Shown here: positions 8,761-19,936 of the stretch, piece by piece | Numbering within the stretch: the stretch's first letter is position 1 | Layout: each line of letters begins with the position of its first letter | Assembly: GCA_016180645.1 (NCBI GenBank) | Contig: JACPAV010000029.1 | Location: forward strand, 1 to 41,219 | Length of the DNA stretch: 41,219 nt | Direction of reading: 5' to 3' | DNA from: Nitrospirota bacterium | GTDB taxonomy: Bacteria; JACPQY01 | Translations under genes and position numbers: made by a program | Notes under the pieces: model-generated | What the model saw: the letters and a program-made list of their open reading frames with translations, nothing else | Database searches by the model: none | Told to the model about the DNA's origin: nothing

Positions 8761-9040
8761 ATTCAACGATGCTCTTGGGACATTCCTTGTAGAAGGCCTC
8801 ACCGCACCGACCCGAACAGTAGTCCTCAAATTCCGGCAAGACATTTGGCATGCAATCCACGTATTCTGAGTCAGGGCATGTACAAGCGGCAACATCTCTC
8901 GATTCGATCTCCTTCTCTCCGGTGCCACTGCCACATCCGGAGGCGATGTGAACAAGGCAAAGGACCCCAATTATTGCGAGTCTGGATTTTGCTGCGGATG
9001 AAGATGAGCAGACATTGGGGCGCGGCGCGGGCGTCGACAC
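8759..9040 (-). CDS. Small Cys-rich putative lipoprotein
   Basis: Hydrophobic stretch plus IASGC lipobox; six further Cys in the mature part; start uncertain. Confidence 0.5.
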   Translation of the reverse strand: MSTPAPRPNVCSSSSAAKSRLAIIGVLCLVHIASGCGSGTGEKEIESRDVAACTCPDSEYVDCMPNVLPEFEDYCSGRCGEAFYKECPKSIVE

Positions 9041-9049
9041 TTCCGCTGG

Positions 9050-9445
9050 TCAGTCGACTTCGGTGATTTCGGGGTCGCGGAGGTCGCGGCCGACGAGGAC
9101 TTTCGTCTTGCCATTGCGGTTCCGGACCGAGATGTCCCATTCCTGCATGGCGCCGGCTCCGATGATCATCTCCCGCTTGATGTCCGGAGAAATGATGGCC
9201 CTCGAACTGATCATTCTCTTCCCGATTTCAATCACCAGAACGGTTTCGCCCGAGATGATCACGCCTCCCCGCCGGCCTGCCGTGCCCAATCGCTTGGCCT
9301 TCTTGTAAGGGAGAGTCGCCCGGCCGGATGGAACGACGTCGCGCCGGATGATCGTGAAGAAGGAACCTGTATCGAAGAAGGCCTCCACGCGCTTTTTCTT
9401 CATGTCCGTGGAGGTAAGTATGACGGGCAGGATCGGCTTGCTCAT
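9050..9445 (-). CDS. Retropepsin-like (clan AA) aspartyl protease
   Basis: AFFDTGSFFTII catalytic motif and C-terminal MIIGAGAM; 131 aa. Confidence 0.8.
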   Translation of the reverse strand: MSKPILPVILTSTDMKKKRVEAFFDTGSFFTIIRRDVVPSGRATLPYKKAKRLGTAGRRGGVIISGETVLVIEIGKRMISSRAIISPDIKREMIIGAGAMQEWDISVRNRNGKTKVLVGRDLRDPEITEVD

Positions 9446-9491
9446 GGGATGAATTGTATCGCTTGCCCTTGGATTGGTAAAGACGAGCGGT

Positions 9492-10445
9492 TCAGACCGC
9501 GATGCCCCAGAGGCGCTTGGCGGCGAGGCCGATGAGGTAGGTGATGGAAACGGCGCCGGCGATGAGGGCGAGATTCGTCGCCACGCGCTTTCTGAGGTTC
9601 ATGCCGGAGAGAAAAGCCAGGAGGAGTGATACCACAATGATCAAGCCCGCCGAGCTGATGAGAGAGGCCGTGACCGAGCGCGATCCGAAGAGGACGGGCA
9701 GGACGGGGACCAGTGATCCCAGCAGGTAGCTGAGGCCGACCAGGACGGCGGTTCCGAGCGGACGCGCGCCGGTTCCCATCGGGTGCGCCGAACCGGAGAG
9801 AAACTTCGCTTTGCCCGCTTCGATGTCCTTCATTTCCTTCTCGGAGCTGGTGGCGACAAAAGCGCCCGCGGCCATGGAGAGCGCCCCCGCCACCGCCACG
9901 CTGGAACTCGCCATCAGCACGAGACTCGCGTGTTGGAACGCCGCGAAGAAACCGCTGACCGCGCCGGTGATTTCCACCAAGCCGTCGTTGAATCCGAGAA
10001 AGATACTCCGGACCTTTTCCGGGTCGATCTTGCGCTCGGTGAATTGAGAGACGATGGCGTCCTCGTGCTCGAATTCATCGCGAAGAACTTCTTTCACGGT
10101 TTCTCCCAGCGGTTCATCTTTGTAGCGTTCCCAGAGGGAGAGATATTTCCGGATGCCGTAGATTTCGATGGCTTCCAGGACGAGGTGAACCGCCGTCGGT
10201 CCGAAGAGGCGGCAGGTCCAGACGATCAAGCGCAGTTTCAGTCGCCGCATCGGATTGAGCGATTTCAGATCGAGCTTGAAAAACTTCTGCCAGAGGGCGA
10301 GATGACCCTGCTCGATCGGGATCAGGTCGCCGAGGATCTTCTTGAGATGGCCCTCGTTCGTCTTGTGGAGTTCGGTGTAAAGGGTGAGATCGAAGAGCTC
10401 GTCGAGAACGAGATCGCGGCCGATGGCGGTTTCAGCGGTGTTCAC
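9492..10445 (-). CDS. VIT1/CCC1 iron transporter with N-terminal ferritin/rubrerythrin-like domain
   Basis: ExxH motifs (EQGH, EFEH) followed by LGFNDGLVE and AGALSMAAG. Confidence 0.88.
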   Translation of the reverse strand: MNTAETAIGRDLVLDELFDLTLYTELHKTNEGHLKKILGDLIPIEQGHLALWQKFFKLDLKSLNPMRRLKLRLIVWTCRLFGPTAVHLVLEAIEIYGIRKYLSLWERYKDEPLGETVKEVLRDEFEHEDAIVSQFTERKIDPEKVRSIFLGFNDGLVEITGAVSGFFAAFQHASLVLMASSSVAVAGALSMAAGAFVATSSEKEMKDIEAGKAKFLSGSAHPMGTGARPLGTAVLVGLSYLLGSLVPVLPVLFGSRSVTASLISSAGLIIVVSLLLAFLSGMNLRKRVATNLALIAGAVSITYLIGLAAKRLWGIAV

Positions 10446-10460
10446 GGAATACCGAAGGGC

Positions 10461-11825
10461 TCAATCCTGCCCGGCGAAACGCAGGATGGCATCCGAGAGG
10501 ACGCGCACGCCGAACGTGAGTGCTTCGATGGGAATTCGTTCGTCGTGCCCGTGGAAGAGTTGATTGAACGAAAAATCCTTCGGGAGCTTCATCGGGGAAA
10601 ATCCGTAGGTCGTTATGCCGAGACGGGAGAAGTGCCGCGCGTCCGTCATGCCGGGAATCATGTAGGGCACGGGGATCCCCTCGGGATGATGTTTCCGCAC
10701 CGAATCGGCAAGCGTGGCGAAGAGCGGTGTGTTCGAGGGCATCGTGATCCCTTCGCCAGTGATGATCGGCTCGATGTCGAGGTCTTCCTTCGCGATGGCC
10801 CGGAACTCTTCAATGAATTGGCCGATGGTGTGGCCCGGGAGCACGCGCCCATCCACCTCGGCTTCGGCTTCATCGGGGATGACGTTTGTTTTCATTCCGG
10901 CTTTCAGCACCGTCACGGATGCGCTGTGGGCGTAACCGGCCTGCATGGCTTTGCGCTGGGCCTTCGGGACGAGATTCCTTGCGAGAAAGGGTCCGAACGT
11001 CGGATCGGCGAAGAGGCTGAAGGCGATCGAGAGCGGGAATCCATGCGCTGAGGCCACGGTCTTGAGGAATTGCTGAAAGACGGGAACTTGGTGTGACGGG
11101 AACGGCGTGGAGTTGAGCCGTTCAATAACGCGGGCGAGTTTCACCACGGCCTGATTGTCATGCGGCATCGAACCGTGGCCGGGATCGCCCTTTGTGCGGA
11201 TCTTCATCCAACAGATGCCACGCTCAGCCACCTGGATCGGGTAGAAGATGCGCTGGCCGAGGTAAAGAGTGAATCCGCCCACTTCGCTGAGAGAGTATTC
11301 GGCTTCGATTTGTTTCGGGTGTTTGTCGACGAGAAATCCGGCGCCGAAGAGTCCACCGACTTCTTCATCAGCGCTGGCGGCGAAAATGATGTCGCGGGAG
11401 AGCTGGACTTTGTGGCGCCGCAGAATTTGCATGAGCGAGATGCACATCGCGGCCATGCCTTTCATGTCGAGGGCGCCGCGACCCCACACGCAGCCCTCGT
11501 GGATTTCGCCGGAGAAGGGAGGATGCTTCCAGTGGCGCGCCGAAGCGGGAACCACGTCCAGATGGGCGTTGAGAAGAATGGGCTTTTCCTTGCCGCCGGT
11601 GGAATATCGCGCGATCACGTTGCCGCGCCGCGGCGCGGATTCAACGTAGAACGGATCGTAGCCCTCTTTGCGGAGAGTCTCCTCTATCCAATGCGCCGGT
11701 TCATCCTCATTCCCCGGCGGATTGACGCTCTCGAACCGGATCAGCCTTTGAAGATGTTGGACGGTTTCCTGCTCGATCGCTTTCCAGTCAAGCTTTTCCA
11801 CGAGGTCGGTTGAGGGCGTGCCCAT
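10461..11825 (-). CDS. M20/M25/M40 family metallopeptidase
   Basis: NAHLDVVP, WGRGALDMKG, ADEE, GHGSMP and HGHDERI motifs. Confidence 0.93.
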   Translation of the reverse strand: MGTPSTDLVEKLDWKAIEQETVQHLQRLIRFESVNPPGNEDEPAHWIEETLRKEGYDPFYVESAPRRGNVIARYSTGGKEKPILLNAHLDVVPASARHWKHPPFSGEIHEGCVWGRGALDMKGMAAMCISLMQILRRHKVQLSRDIIFAASADEEVGGLFGAGFLVDKHPKQIEAEYSLSEVGGFTLYLGQRIFYPIQVAERGICWMKIRTKGDPGHGSMPHDNQAVVKLARVIERLNSTPFPSHQVPVFQQFLKTVASAHGFPLSIAFSLFADPTFGPFLARNLVPKAQRKAMQAGYAHSASVTVLKAGMKTNVIPDEAEAEVDGRVLPGHTIGQFIEEFRAIAKEDLDIEPIITGEGITMPSNTPLFATLADSVRKHHPEGIPVPYMIPGMTDARHFSRLGITTYGFSPMKLPKDFSFNQLFHGHDERIPIEALTFGVRVLSDAILRFAGQD

Positions 11826-11873
11826 CCCCTTCTTCTAGGTACCGACTTGCCCCTTGTCAAGACGGCGGCCTGA

Positions 11874-12083
11874 AAGGACGTACTTCAGGCCGTGGTCAAG
11901 AACCTGGAGGGCAGTTTCACCGGCGAGACCGGCGCCCTTACCACGGTGCGCGACACCGACGTGGCCGCAGCGGTGGCGGAGTTCACCAAAGAACAAATCC
12001 TCGGCAATGTGACCATGGCCGACTTCACCCAGTTCGACCGCCTCCGGCAGTTGGCGGTCCAGACCCTTGCCGGCGGCGCTTAG
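11874..12083 (+). pseudogene. Orphan flagellin C-terminal fragment
   Basis: VVKNL...TTVRDTDVAAAVAEFTKEQIL matches the flagellin C-terminal consensus (SRIxDxDxAxExxxFTKxQIL); in-frame TGA at 11871 and no N-terminal domain. Confidence 0.7.
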
Positions 12084-12145
12084 TCGTTGTCTCCGTTTGG
12101 CAATACTCATGCCCGGGAGTTAGACCCGTGGTATCCTTGCACGCC

Positions 12146-13039
12146 ATGATGAGAAAGATCGGAACAATCCTACGGCGATTGTCGGTCACGGCGGTGTGCT
12201 TGATCGGATGCGCCGGCGGCGAAAATCCCGGGGATCCGGCGCCGCTCAAGGTGATGACGTTCAACGTGCTGTGTTCGTTCTGCAATGCGGATTACGATCC
12301 ATGGGCCGACCGGCTTCAATACTTCGCGGATATTTTTCAGCGACACGATCCGGATCTCATCGGGCTCCAGGAACTCGTGCTCGCTAAGGAAGTGGAAGAG
12401 ATTCTTGCCGTCGCTCCCGGCTACGAGGCGATCTACTTCCACAATGAGCAGGCGCTAAAGGACTACCCGGACGCCGCGATCCTCTATCGCACCGCGCGCT
12501 TCGAAGTGAGCGAAACGGGCAGCTTCTGGCTCAGTCCAACCCCCGATGAGCCGTGGTCCCTCGGTTTCGCCAAGGGCGGCCAACTTTTCCGCCTGGTCAT
12601 CTGGGCGCGACTGAAACAGATATCGGACGGCCGCGAGCTGTATTTCGTCACCACGCATTTCGACAACAACTCGCCGAGCCAGGACCTGAGCGCGCCGCTC
12701 CTTCTTGAACGGATCGCGCCGCTGGCGGCGAAACATCCAACCGTTGTGACGGGGGATTTCAACTCGCAGACCTTCGATCCGGCCTACAAGACGCTGGTTG
12801 AGGGAGTGAGCGGAACCGGTTTCCGTTTCATCAACGCCTTCGACATTGCCGCGCAGTGGTCCATTGACACCAATCTCTCCCCCGTTCCGGCCTACGACGT
12901 GCCCGGACGGATCGACCATATTTTTCTTGCCGGGGCGAATTGGAGATGCAAGGATTGGACCGTGGATCTGAACGCGTACGGGCCGAACCAGCGATTTCCT
13001 TCCGACCATTTCCCCATCGCCGCAACGCTGGAGTGGTGA
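12146..13039 (+). CDS. Endonuclease/exonuclease/phosphatase (EEP) family lipoprotein
   Basis: LIGC lipobox; VMTFNV, GLQE, THFD, TGDFN, IDHIF and SDHFP motifs. Confidence 0.92.
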   Translation: MMRKIGTILRRLSVTAVCLIGCAGGENPGDPAPLKVMTFNVLCSFCNADYDPWADRLQYFADIFQRHDPDLIGLQELVLAKEVEEILAVAPGYEAIYFHNEQALKDYPDAAILYRTARFEVSETGSFWLSPTPDEPWSLGFAKGGQLFRLVIWARLKQISDGRELYFVTTHFDNNSPSQDLSAPLLLERIAPLAAKHPTVVTGDFNSQTFDPAYKTLVEGVSGTGFRFINAFDIAAQWSIDTNLSPVPAYDVPGRIDHIFLAGANWRCKDWTVDLNAYGPNQRFPSDHFPIAATLEW

Positions 13040-13416
13040 GGGTGGCAAGGATTTTTGCATGTGTGGGAGCGGCATTTGGATTTCTGAGCGTGGCGGCGGG
13101 AGCGTTCGGGGCGCACACGCTGAAGGGAAGGCTTGCGCCCGAGATGCTGGAGATTTTCGAGAAGGCCGCCCGCTATCAGATGTATCACTCACTCGCCTTG
13201 CTCGCCGTCGCCTGGGCCGCGACTCAGTTCCCGCATCGACTCGTGGCCCTTTCAGGCTGGATGTTTATCGCCGGTACGATTCTCTTCTCCGGGAGCCTCT
13301 ACGTGCTCGTTGCCACAGGCGCGAAGACTTGGGGAGCGGTCACTCCCATCGGCGGAGTGCTCCTGCTGGCGGGCTGGGCGACCCTGGCGCTTGGGGTGGG
13401 TTTGAACCGTAGTTGA
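13036..13416 (+). CDS. ygdD: DUF423/YgdD (TMEM256) membrane protein
   Basis: GAFGAH, YQMYH, LFSGSLY and TPIGG motifs; GTG overlaps the upstream stop. Confidence 0.92.
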   Translation: MRVARIFACVGAAFGFLSVAAGAFGAHTLKGRLAPEMLEIFEKAARYQMYHSLALLAVAWAATQFPHRLVALSGWMFIAGTILFSGSLYVLVATGAKTWGAVTPIGGVLLLAGWATLALGVGLNRS

Positions 13417-13444
13417 CATCAAAACGGTAAGCGTGGAGAATAAT
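13413..13444 (+). promoter_or_regulatory. Sigma70-type promoter candidate for the tRNA-thrS operon
   Basis: Perfect TTGACA at 13413-13418; GAGAAT 17 bp downstream preceded by TG; AT-rich context. Confidence 0.5.
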
Positions 13445-13585
13445 CAAATATGCAATCCGTCGTGAGTTTCGAGCCCGCCGTGCCGCTCCTCTGACAGCGG
13501 CCATGAATTTCTCTGTGTTGGAATCCTTTCGTGTTTGATCTGAGACCCTGACCTCCGGGATGCTGCGGTCCGGGATTTTTTCTTG

Positions 13586-13659
13586 GGGCGATTAGCTCAG
13601 TTGGCTAGAGCACTTGCTCGACACGCAAGGGGTCAGAGGTTCAAGTCCTCTATCGCCCA
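13586..13659 (+). tRNA. tRNA-Val(GAC), CCA not encoded
   Basis: GGGCGAT/ATCGCCC acceptor stem, D-arm AGCTCAGTTGG, anticodon arm CTTGC-TCGACAC-GCAAG, T-arm GGTTCAAGTCC. Confidence 0.96.
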
Positions 13660-13701
13660 CGCTGAGCGTGGGCAATGGTCCGCTCAGCGGACCGCCCACC
13701 C

Positions 13702-13736
13702 ATTTGAGATCTCAAATCTCAAATTTCAAATCTCAG
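13702..13736. repeat. Palindrome plus heptamer tandem repeat (ATCTCAA)x4, imperfect
   Basis: ATTTGAGATCTCAAAT palindrome; units ATCTCAA ATCTCAA ATTTCAA ATCTCAG. Confidence 0.7.
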
Positions 13737-13740
13737 ATTG

Positions 13741-15504
13741 ATGGCCGGCCCATCGAAGAAGCCGGTTTGGGAGGGCGATGTGCAGGGCGGGTCGCAAGTC
13801 GATACCCTCCGCCACAGCACGGCCCACGCCATGGCCCAAGCCGTCCTTTCGATCTTTCCAGAGGCGAAGCTGGGAATCGGACCGACCATCGAGAACGGCT
13901 TCTACTATGATCTCGATCTCCCGCGCGCATTGACGGATGACGACCTCGCGAACATCGAATCGCGCATGAAAGAAATCATCTCGCGCGACCACCCCATCGT
14001 CCGCAAGGAATGGTCGAGGAAGGATGCCGTCGCCTTCTTCCAATCCCGGGGCCAGGACTATAAAGTCGAGATCATCCAGGATCTGCCGGACGATACCGTC
14101 TCCGTCTACGAGCAGGGCGAATTTACCGATCTTTGCCGGGGACCGCACATGGCCCGGACGGGCGAGATCAAGGCGTTCAAACTCCTGAGCGTGGCAGGGG
14201 CTTATTGGCGGGGCGACGAAAAGCGCAAGATGCTCCAACGCATTTATGGCACGGCTTTTCTCACTCAGAAGGAGCTCGACCACCACCTGCACGTGCTCGA
14301 AGAGGCCAAGAAGCGCGACCACCGGAAGCTCGGCAAGGAACTGAACCTGTACAGCATCCACGAGGAAGTTGGCGCGGGATTGATCCACTGGCATCCGGCG
14401 GGAGCGATGGTGCGGATGATCATCGAAGATTTCTGGCAGAAGTTTCACCTGCGCCGTGGCTACCAATTTGCCTATACGGCCCACATTGCGAGCGAGGAAA
14501 TCTACCGCCTCAGCGGCCACCTCGAAGCCTTCGCGGAAAATATGTACGCGCCGATCGAGATCGAGGGAAAACCGTATCGCGTCAAACCGATGAACTGCCC
14601 CGGCCATATCATGATTTACCGGACGTCCAAACGCTCCTACCGCGAACTGCCGCTCCGCCTGGCCGAATTGGGAACGGTCTATCGGTTTGAGAAATCGGGC
14701 GTCCTCCACGGCCTCATGCGCGTGCGCGGCTTTACCATCGACGATTCGCACATCTTTGTCGCGCCCGAGCAACTTCAGGATGAAGTCATTGCCGTTTACA
14801 ACCTCATCATGGAGTTCCTGCGGACGTTCGGATTCGAGCAGTTCGTCGTTACGCTCTCCACCAAGCCCGAGAAGGCCGTGGGCAAGCCGGAGTTGTGGGA
14901 ACAGGCGGAAAGCGCGCTGAAAGCCGTGCTCGAAAAAACCGGCGCGAAATGGGTGCTCGATGAAGGCGGCGGCGCTTTTTACGGGCCGAAAATTAGTGTG
15001 GAGGTGAAGGACGCCTTGGGCCGCTCATGGCAATGCTCCACGGTCCAGGTCGATTTCAACCTGCCGGAGCGGTTCGGCTTGGAATATGACGGAGCCGATG
15101 GCGCCCTGCACCGGCCGATCATGGTTCACCGCGCTCTCATGGGATCGGTGGAACGATTTTTCGGCGTGCTCGTGGAGCACTACGCCGGGGCGTTTCCGGT
15201 GTGGCTCGCGCCCGTGCAAGTCAGTGTCATCACCGTTCACCCCGACAATGAAAAATACGCGTCCGGCATTCTCCAGTCCCTGCGCGAGGCCGATGTAAGG
15301 GCCGAGAGCGCGTTCTCGGGCGACACGCTGGGCTACAAGATCCGACATGCCCAGCTCTTGAAAATTCCATACATGGCCGTTATCGGCAAAAAAGAAGAGG
15401 AGCGGCAGGTCGTGCGACTCCGCGAACGCGGCGGAAAGGATCTTGGGGAGATCGCCGCCGTCGAGCTCGTGGAGCGCATCCGTTCCGCCGTTCCCAAACA
15501 CTAA
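13741..15504 (+). CDS. thrS: Threonyl-tRNA synthetase (lacks N-terminal TGS domain)
   Basis: LRHSTAH, DLCRGPH, RDHRKLG, KPMNCP and GAFYGPKI motifs; start may be the GTG at 13780. Confidence 0.97.
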   Translation: MAGPSKKPVWEGDVQGGSQVDTLRHSTAHAMAQAVLSIFPEAKLGIGPTIENGFYYDLDLPRALTDDDLANIESRMKEIISRDHPIVRKEWSRKDAVAFFQSRGQDYKVEIIQDLPDDTVSVYEQGEFTDLCRGPHMARTGEIKAFKLLSVAGAYWRGDEKRKMLQRIYGTAFLTQKELDHHLHVLEEAKKRDHRKLGKELNLYSIHEEVGAGLIHWHPAGAMVRMIIEDFWQKFHLRRGYQFAYTAHIASEEIYRLSGHLEAFAENMYAPIEIEGKPYRVKPMNCPGHIMIYRTSKRSYRELPLRLAELGTVYRFEKSGVLHGLMRVRGFTIDDSHIFVAPEQLQDEVIAVYNLIMEFLRTFGFEQFVVTLSTKPEKAVGKPELWEQAESALKAVLEKTGAKWVLDEGGGAFYGPKISVEVKDALGRSWQCSTVQVDFNLPERFGLEYDGADGALHRPIMVHRALMGSVERFFGVLVEHYAGAFPVWLAPVQVSVITVHPDNEKYASGILQSLREADVRAESAFSGDTLGYKIRHAQLLKIPYMAVIGKKEEERQVVRLRERGGKDLGEIAAVELVERIRSAVPKH

Positions 15505-15519
15505 AAAAGGAGGTCCACC

Positions 15520-16095
15520 ATCCAATCCAAAGAACCGCGTGCCAATCGGCACATCCGTGCCAGCCTCGTCCGGGTGATCGATGAAACCGGCAAGCAACTC
15601 GGAATTCTCGCGCTGTCCGACGCGCTCCGAGAGGCGGACAACAGGGGTTACGATTTAGTGGAGGTCGCGCCGGGGGTCCATCCGCCCGTCTGCCGCATCA
15701 TGGATTACGGTCGATATCGGTATCAACTCAAGCAGAAAGAGAAGGAGCAGCTGCGCCATCAGCGGCATCTCACGCTGAAAGAAATGAAATTCGGTCTGAA
15801 GATCGGAGCGCACGATCTGGATATCAAGGTCGGCCACGTCAGGCGGTTCCTCATGGCTGGCCATAAGACCAAGATTACGGTATATTTCCGCGGCCGGGAG
15901 ATCATTCGCCCCGAGTTCGGGTTTGACATGGTGAACCGGGTCATCCAGAAGGTGCATGACATCAGCATTGTGGACAGCCCGCCCAAACAGGAGGGGAAGC
16001 AGATCAATCTGGTGCTGGCGCCGCATATTCGTGAAGTGCGGAAAGAAGTGGCGAAGCCGGCCGGACAGACCCCTTCGCCCGAACCGGCCGCCTGA
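15520..16095 (+). CDS. infC: Translation initiation factor IF-3, ATC start
   Basis: AGGAGG followed by in-frame ATC at 15520; [10 protein letters not shown] and FRGRE motifs; canonical position in the operon. Confidence 0.95.
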   Translation: MQSKEPRANRHIRASLVRVIDETGKQLGILALSDALREADNRGYDLVEVAPGVHPPVCRIMDYGRYRYQLKQKEKEQLRHQRHLTLKEMKFGLKIGAHDLDIKVGHVRRFLMAGHKTKITVYFRGREIIRPEFGFDMVNRVIQKVHDISIVDSPPKQEGKQINLVLAPHIREVRKEVAKPAGQTPSPEPAA

Positions 16096-16126
16096 TCTTC
16101 CGCGGGCAAAGAAACAGGAGGACTTC

Positions 16127-16324
16127 ATGCCGAAAATGAAAACGCACCGGGGCGCGAAAAAGCGCCTGCGGGCGACGGGAAGCGGTCGACTGAAACGCGA
16201 CCACGCGTACACGAGCCACATCTTCAGCGGGAAGACCCGCAAATCGAAACGGCACCATCGCAAATCCGCCTTGGTTTCGGAGCGCGATTTCTCCCGCGTC
16301 CGCAAGCTCTTGCCCTACGCCTGA
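16127..16324 (+). CDS. rpmI: 50S ribosomal protein L35
   Basis: [14 protein letters not shown]-terminus; AGGAGG RBS. Confidence 0.96.
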   Translation: MPKMKTHRGAKKRLRATGSGRLKRDHAYTSHIFSGKTRKSKRHHRKSALVSERDFSRVRKLLPYA

Positions 16325-16375
16325 CTTTCTGATAGGCAAGACCCGTCAAACGCTGAGTTCTAAAGGAGATTTTCC

Positions 16376-16762
16376 ATGCCGAGAGCGAGAGGTGGATACA
16401 AAACGCGGAGACGCCGCAAGAAGATCCTGGCGCGCGCCAAGGGTTTCTGGGGACGGCGGAACCGTATCTACAAGGCGGCCAAGGAGACGGTCCACCGGGC
16501 GTGGCGGTATGAATACCGGTCTCGCCGTCTCAAGAAGCGTGACTTTCGCGCGCTCTGGATTCAGCGGATCAACGCCGGCGCCCGTGAACAGCACCTTACG
16601 TACAGCCAGCTCGTGAGCGGACTGAGAAAGAAAGGCATCGCCGTCAATCGGAAGATGCTGTCGGAGCTTGCGGTGAACGATCCGGTCGGCTTCACGAAGC
16701 TGGCCGAGTCGGCCCGGCAAGCCCTCCAACTGCCGAATCCCGCCCCCGCCGGACAGGCCTGA
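16376..16762 (+). CDS. rplT: 50S ribosomal protein L20
   Basis: KKRDFRALWIQRINA and NRKMLSELAV motifs. Confidence 0.97.
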   Translation: MPRARGGYKTRRRRKKILARAKGFWGRRNRIYKAAKETVHRAWRYEYRSRRLKKRDFRALWIQRINAGAREQHLTYSQLVSGLRKKGIAVNRKMLSELAVNDPVGFTKLAESARQALQLPNPAPAGQA

Positions 16763-16785
16763 CCGGTCTGCCCCCCTCTCCCTCG

Positions 16786-17792
<1,007 letters not shown>

Positions 17793-17796
<4 letters not shown>

Positions 17797-19883
17797 AAGT
17801 CCTCTGGAGCTGGCTCAAAGAAGTGTCCGGGCTTGAGATCGAGCCGGAGGAGGCGGCTCGCCGCCTGACCCTGGCGGGGCTTGAAGTCGACAGCGTCCTC
17901 CCCATCGACGAGGAGAAACAAAGCGATGCGCTCCTGGACGTCAATGTAACCCCGAACAGGCCCGACTGTCTTTCGGTGGCGGGTCTGGGCCGGGAGCTGA
18001 GGGTTCTGTTCGGACGGGGCAGGCCGGCCACGACACCGGTGAAACTGAAAGAAGGCTCCGTCCGGACCGCCGGCCGGGCCTCCGTCAAGATTGCCTGCCC
18101 GCGGGAATGTCCGAGGTACACCGGCCGGGTGATCCTGAATGTCAGCATCGGTCCATCCTCCCCGCTCATCGCCTACCGCCTGCAGAAGATGGGGCTTCGT
18201 CCCATCAATAATGTTGTGGACGTGACGAACTACATCCTTCTGGAGATGGGCCAGCCTCTTCACGCCTTCGATCTGGCGCTGATCGAAGGAGGAAAGATCA
18301 TCGTGCGGAGGCAGGGCGGTCCCGGCAACTTTATTACGCTCGACGGCCAACAGCGTGAGTTGGCGGATGGGGACGTGTTGATCTGTGATGCGGAACGGCC
18401 CGTGGCGCTGGGCGGCATCATGGGCGGGATGAATACGGAGATCCGAGCCACCACCCGGGATGTTTTCCTGGAGAGCGCGTACTTCGATCCGGCCACCATT
18501 CGTCGAACGGCGAAGCGGCTGAAGATCCTCACGGAATCCTCCTTCCGATTCGAGCGCGGAGTCGATGTGGAAGGGGTTCCGGTCGCTCTCGATCGGGCGG
18601 CGGCGCTCCTCCAGGAAAATGCCGGCGGAGAGATTTGTCCGGGAGCGCTGGATGTGTACCCCAAGCCGATCAAGCGCAAACGGCTTCGTTTCGACGTCGC
18701 CGCCGTGGAGCGGCACACCGGCGTCAAGCTACAGGCGAAACCCTGTGAGAAAATGTTCGGTCAGCTCGGCATGAAGGTCCGCCGGCGATCCCCAAACACG
18801 CTGGACGTCACCCCTCCTCCCTGGCGGGTGGACCTGGACAAGGAAATCGACCTTGTGGAGGAGGCGATCCGAATCTGTGGATACGAGCACATTCCCTCGG
18901 AGCTCCCCCCCACGCGGGTAAGATCCGCAGGTCCCGGCGTCGATCGGGCCTTGGAGCGTGAGATCCGTCAGAGGCTCGCGGCCTCCGGGTTTCAGGAAAT
19001 CATCACGCCCTCCTTTTCTTCGCGGCACACTCTGGAAGTGCTCGCCGGGCGCACGGCGCCCCCGGACATGGAGCCCATCGAAATTCTCAATCCGCTCAGC
19101 GAAGAGCAGGGATACGTCCGTCCCTCGCTCCTGCCCTCGCTCATCGGGGTGATGGCCTACAACCTTCGCCACGGCCGGAAATCGGTGAAGCTGTTTGAAA
19201 TCGGCTCCGTCTACTTATATAAGAAATCGAATCGAATGGTTGAAGAATCGCCCATAGCGTGCGCAGGACTCGCCCATGTGGGCGGGGCCCCGCGCGAATC
19301 GTTTCTCGAACTCAAGGGCGGAATCGAAACGCTCCTCGACGGGCTGGGTGTCCCTTCGGTTGCCTTCCGCGACAAACCGTCCGAACTCTATGCGCCGGAG
19401 GAGAGCATCGGGGTGTTTTCGAGCGACACGCTATTGGGATCGATGGGACTCATCCGGAAGAACGTGCTAGGCGCGCTGGACCTCGATGCGGAGGCTTGGG
19501 TGGCGGAGTTGGACGTGAGGGCGCTCCTCGGCGCCTGGCATCCTGTTCGCCACATCGCTTCGTTCTCAAGGTTCCCGTCCGTCGTCCGTGACCTTGCCTT
19601 GGTGGTGGATGAGCATGTGACGTGCGACGGTCTGCTGGCGGAGATCCGGGGGCAGTCGGTTCCTTTCTTGGAGAGCATCGAGCCCTACGATGAATACCGG
19701 GGATCCCAGGTGGCGCCGGGCAAGAAGAGCCTGGCGCTCCGGCTTACGTTTTCCCGTCAGGATCGGACGTTCACCGACGAGGAAATCCATCAGGCCCTGG
19801 GCCTTTTGGCGGAGGCCCTGAAATCGAAGGGCGCGGGTTTACGTGAAACCAATTCCGGGCTATACACGGGAAGCCGTGAATAG
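17793..19883 (+). CDS. pheT: Phenylalanyl-tRNA synthetase beta subunit (short form lacking B2 OB-fold)
   Basis: TTG start giving MKVLWSWLKE; TPNRPDCLS, GQPLHAFD, SSFRFERG and FPSVVRDLA motifs. Confidence 0.95.
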
Positions 19884-19936
19884 TGTTCCGGGGCGAAGCC
19901 GCCCGGGAACTTGAGGCTGCTAAAGGAGGTGAATTC

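Noticed and set aside
8761..8970. Full-length 119-aa RelE toxin
   Set aside because: The upstream part has no RelE similarity and overlaps the Cys-rich ORF.
11810..12145. N-terminal extension of the EEP ORF
   Set aside because: Overlaps the flagellin remnant in another frame; the real start with a lipoprotein signal is at 12146.
15520..15522. ATC start of infC as a novelty
   Set aside because: Non-canonical infC starts are well-known autoregulation.
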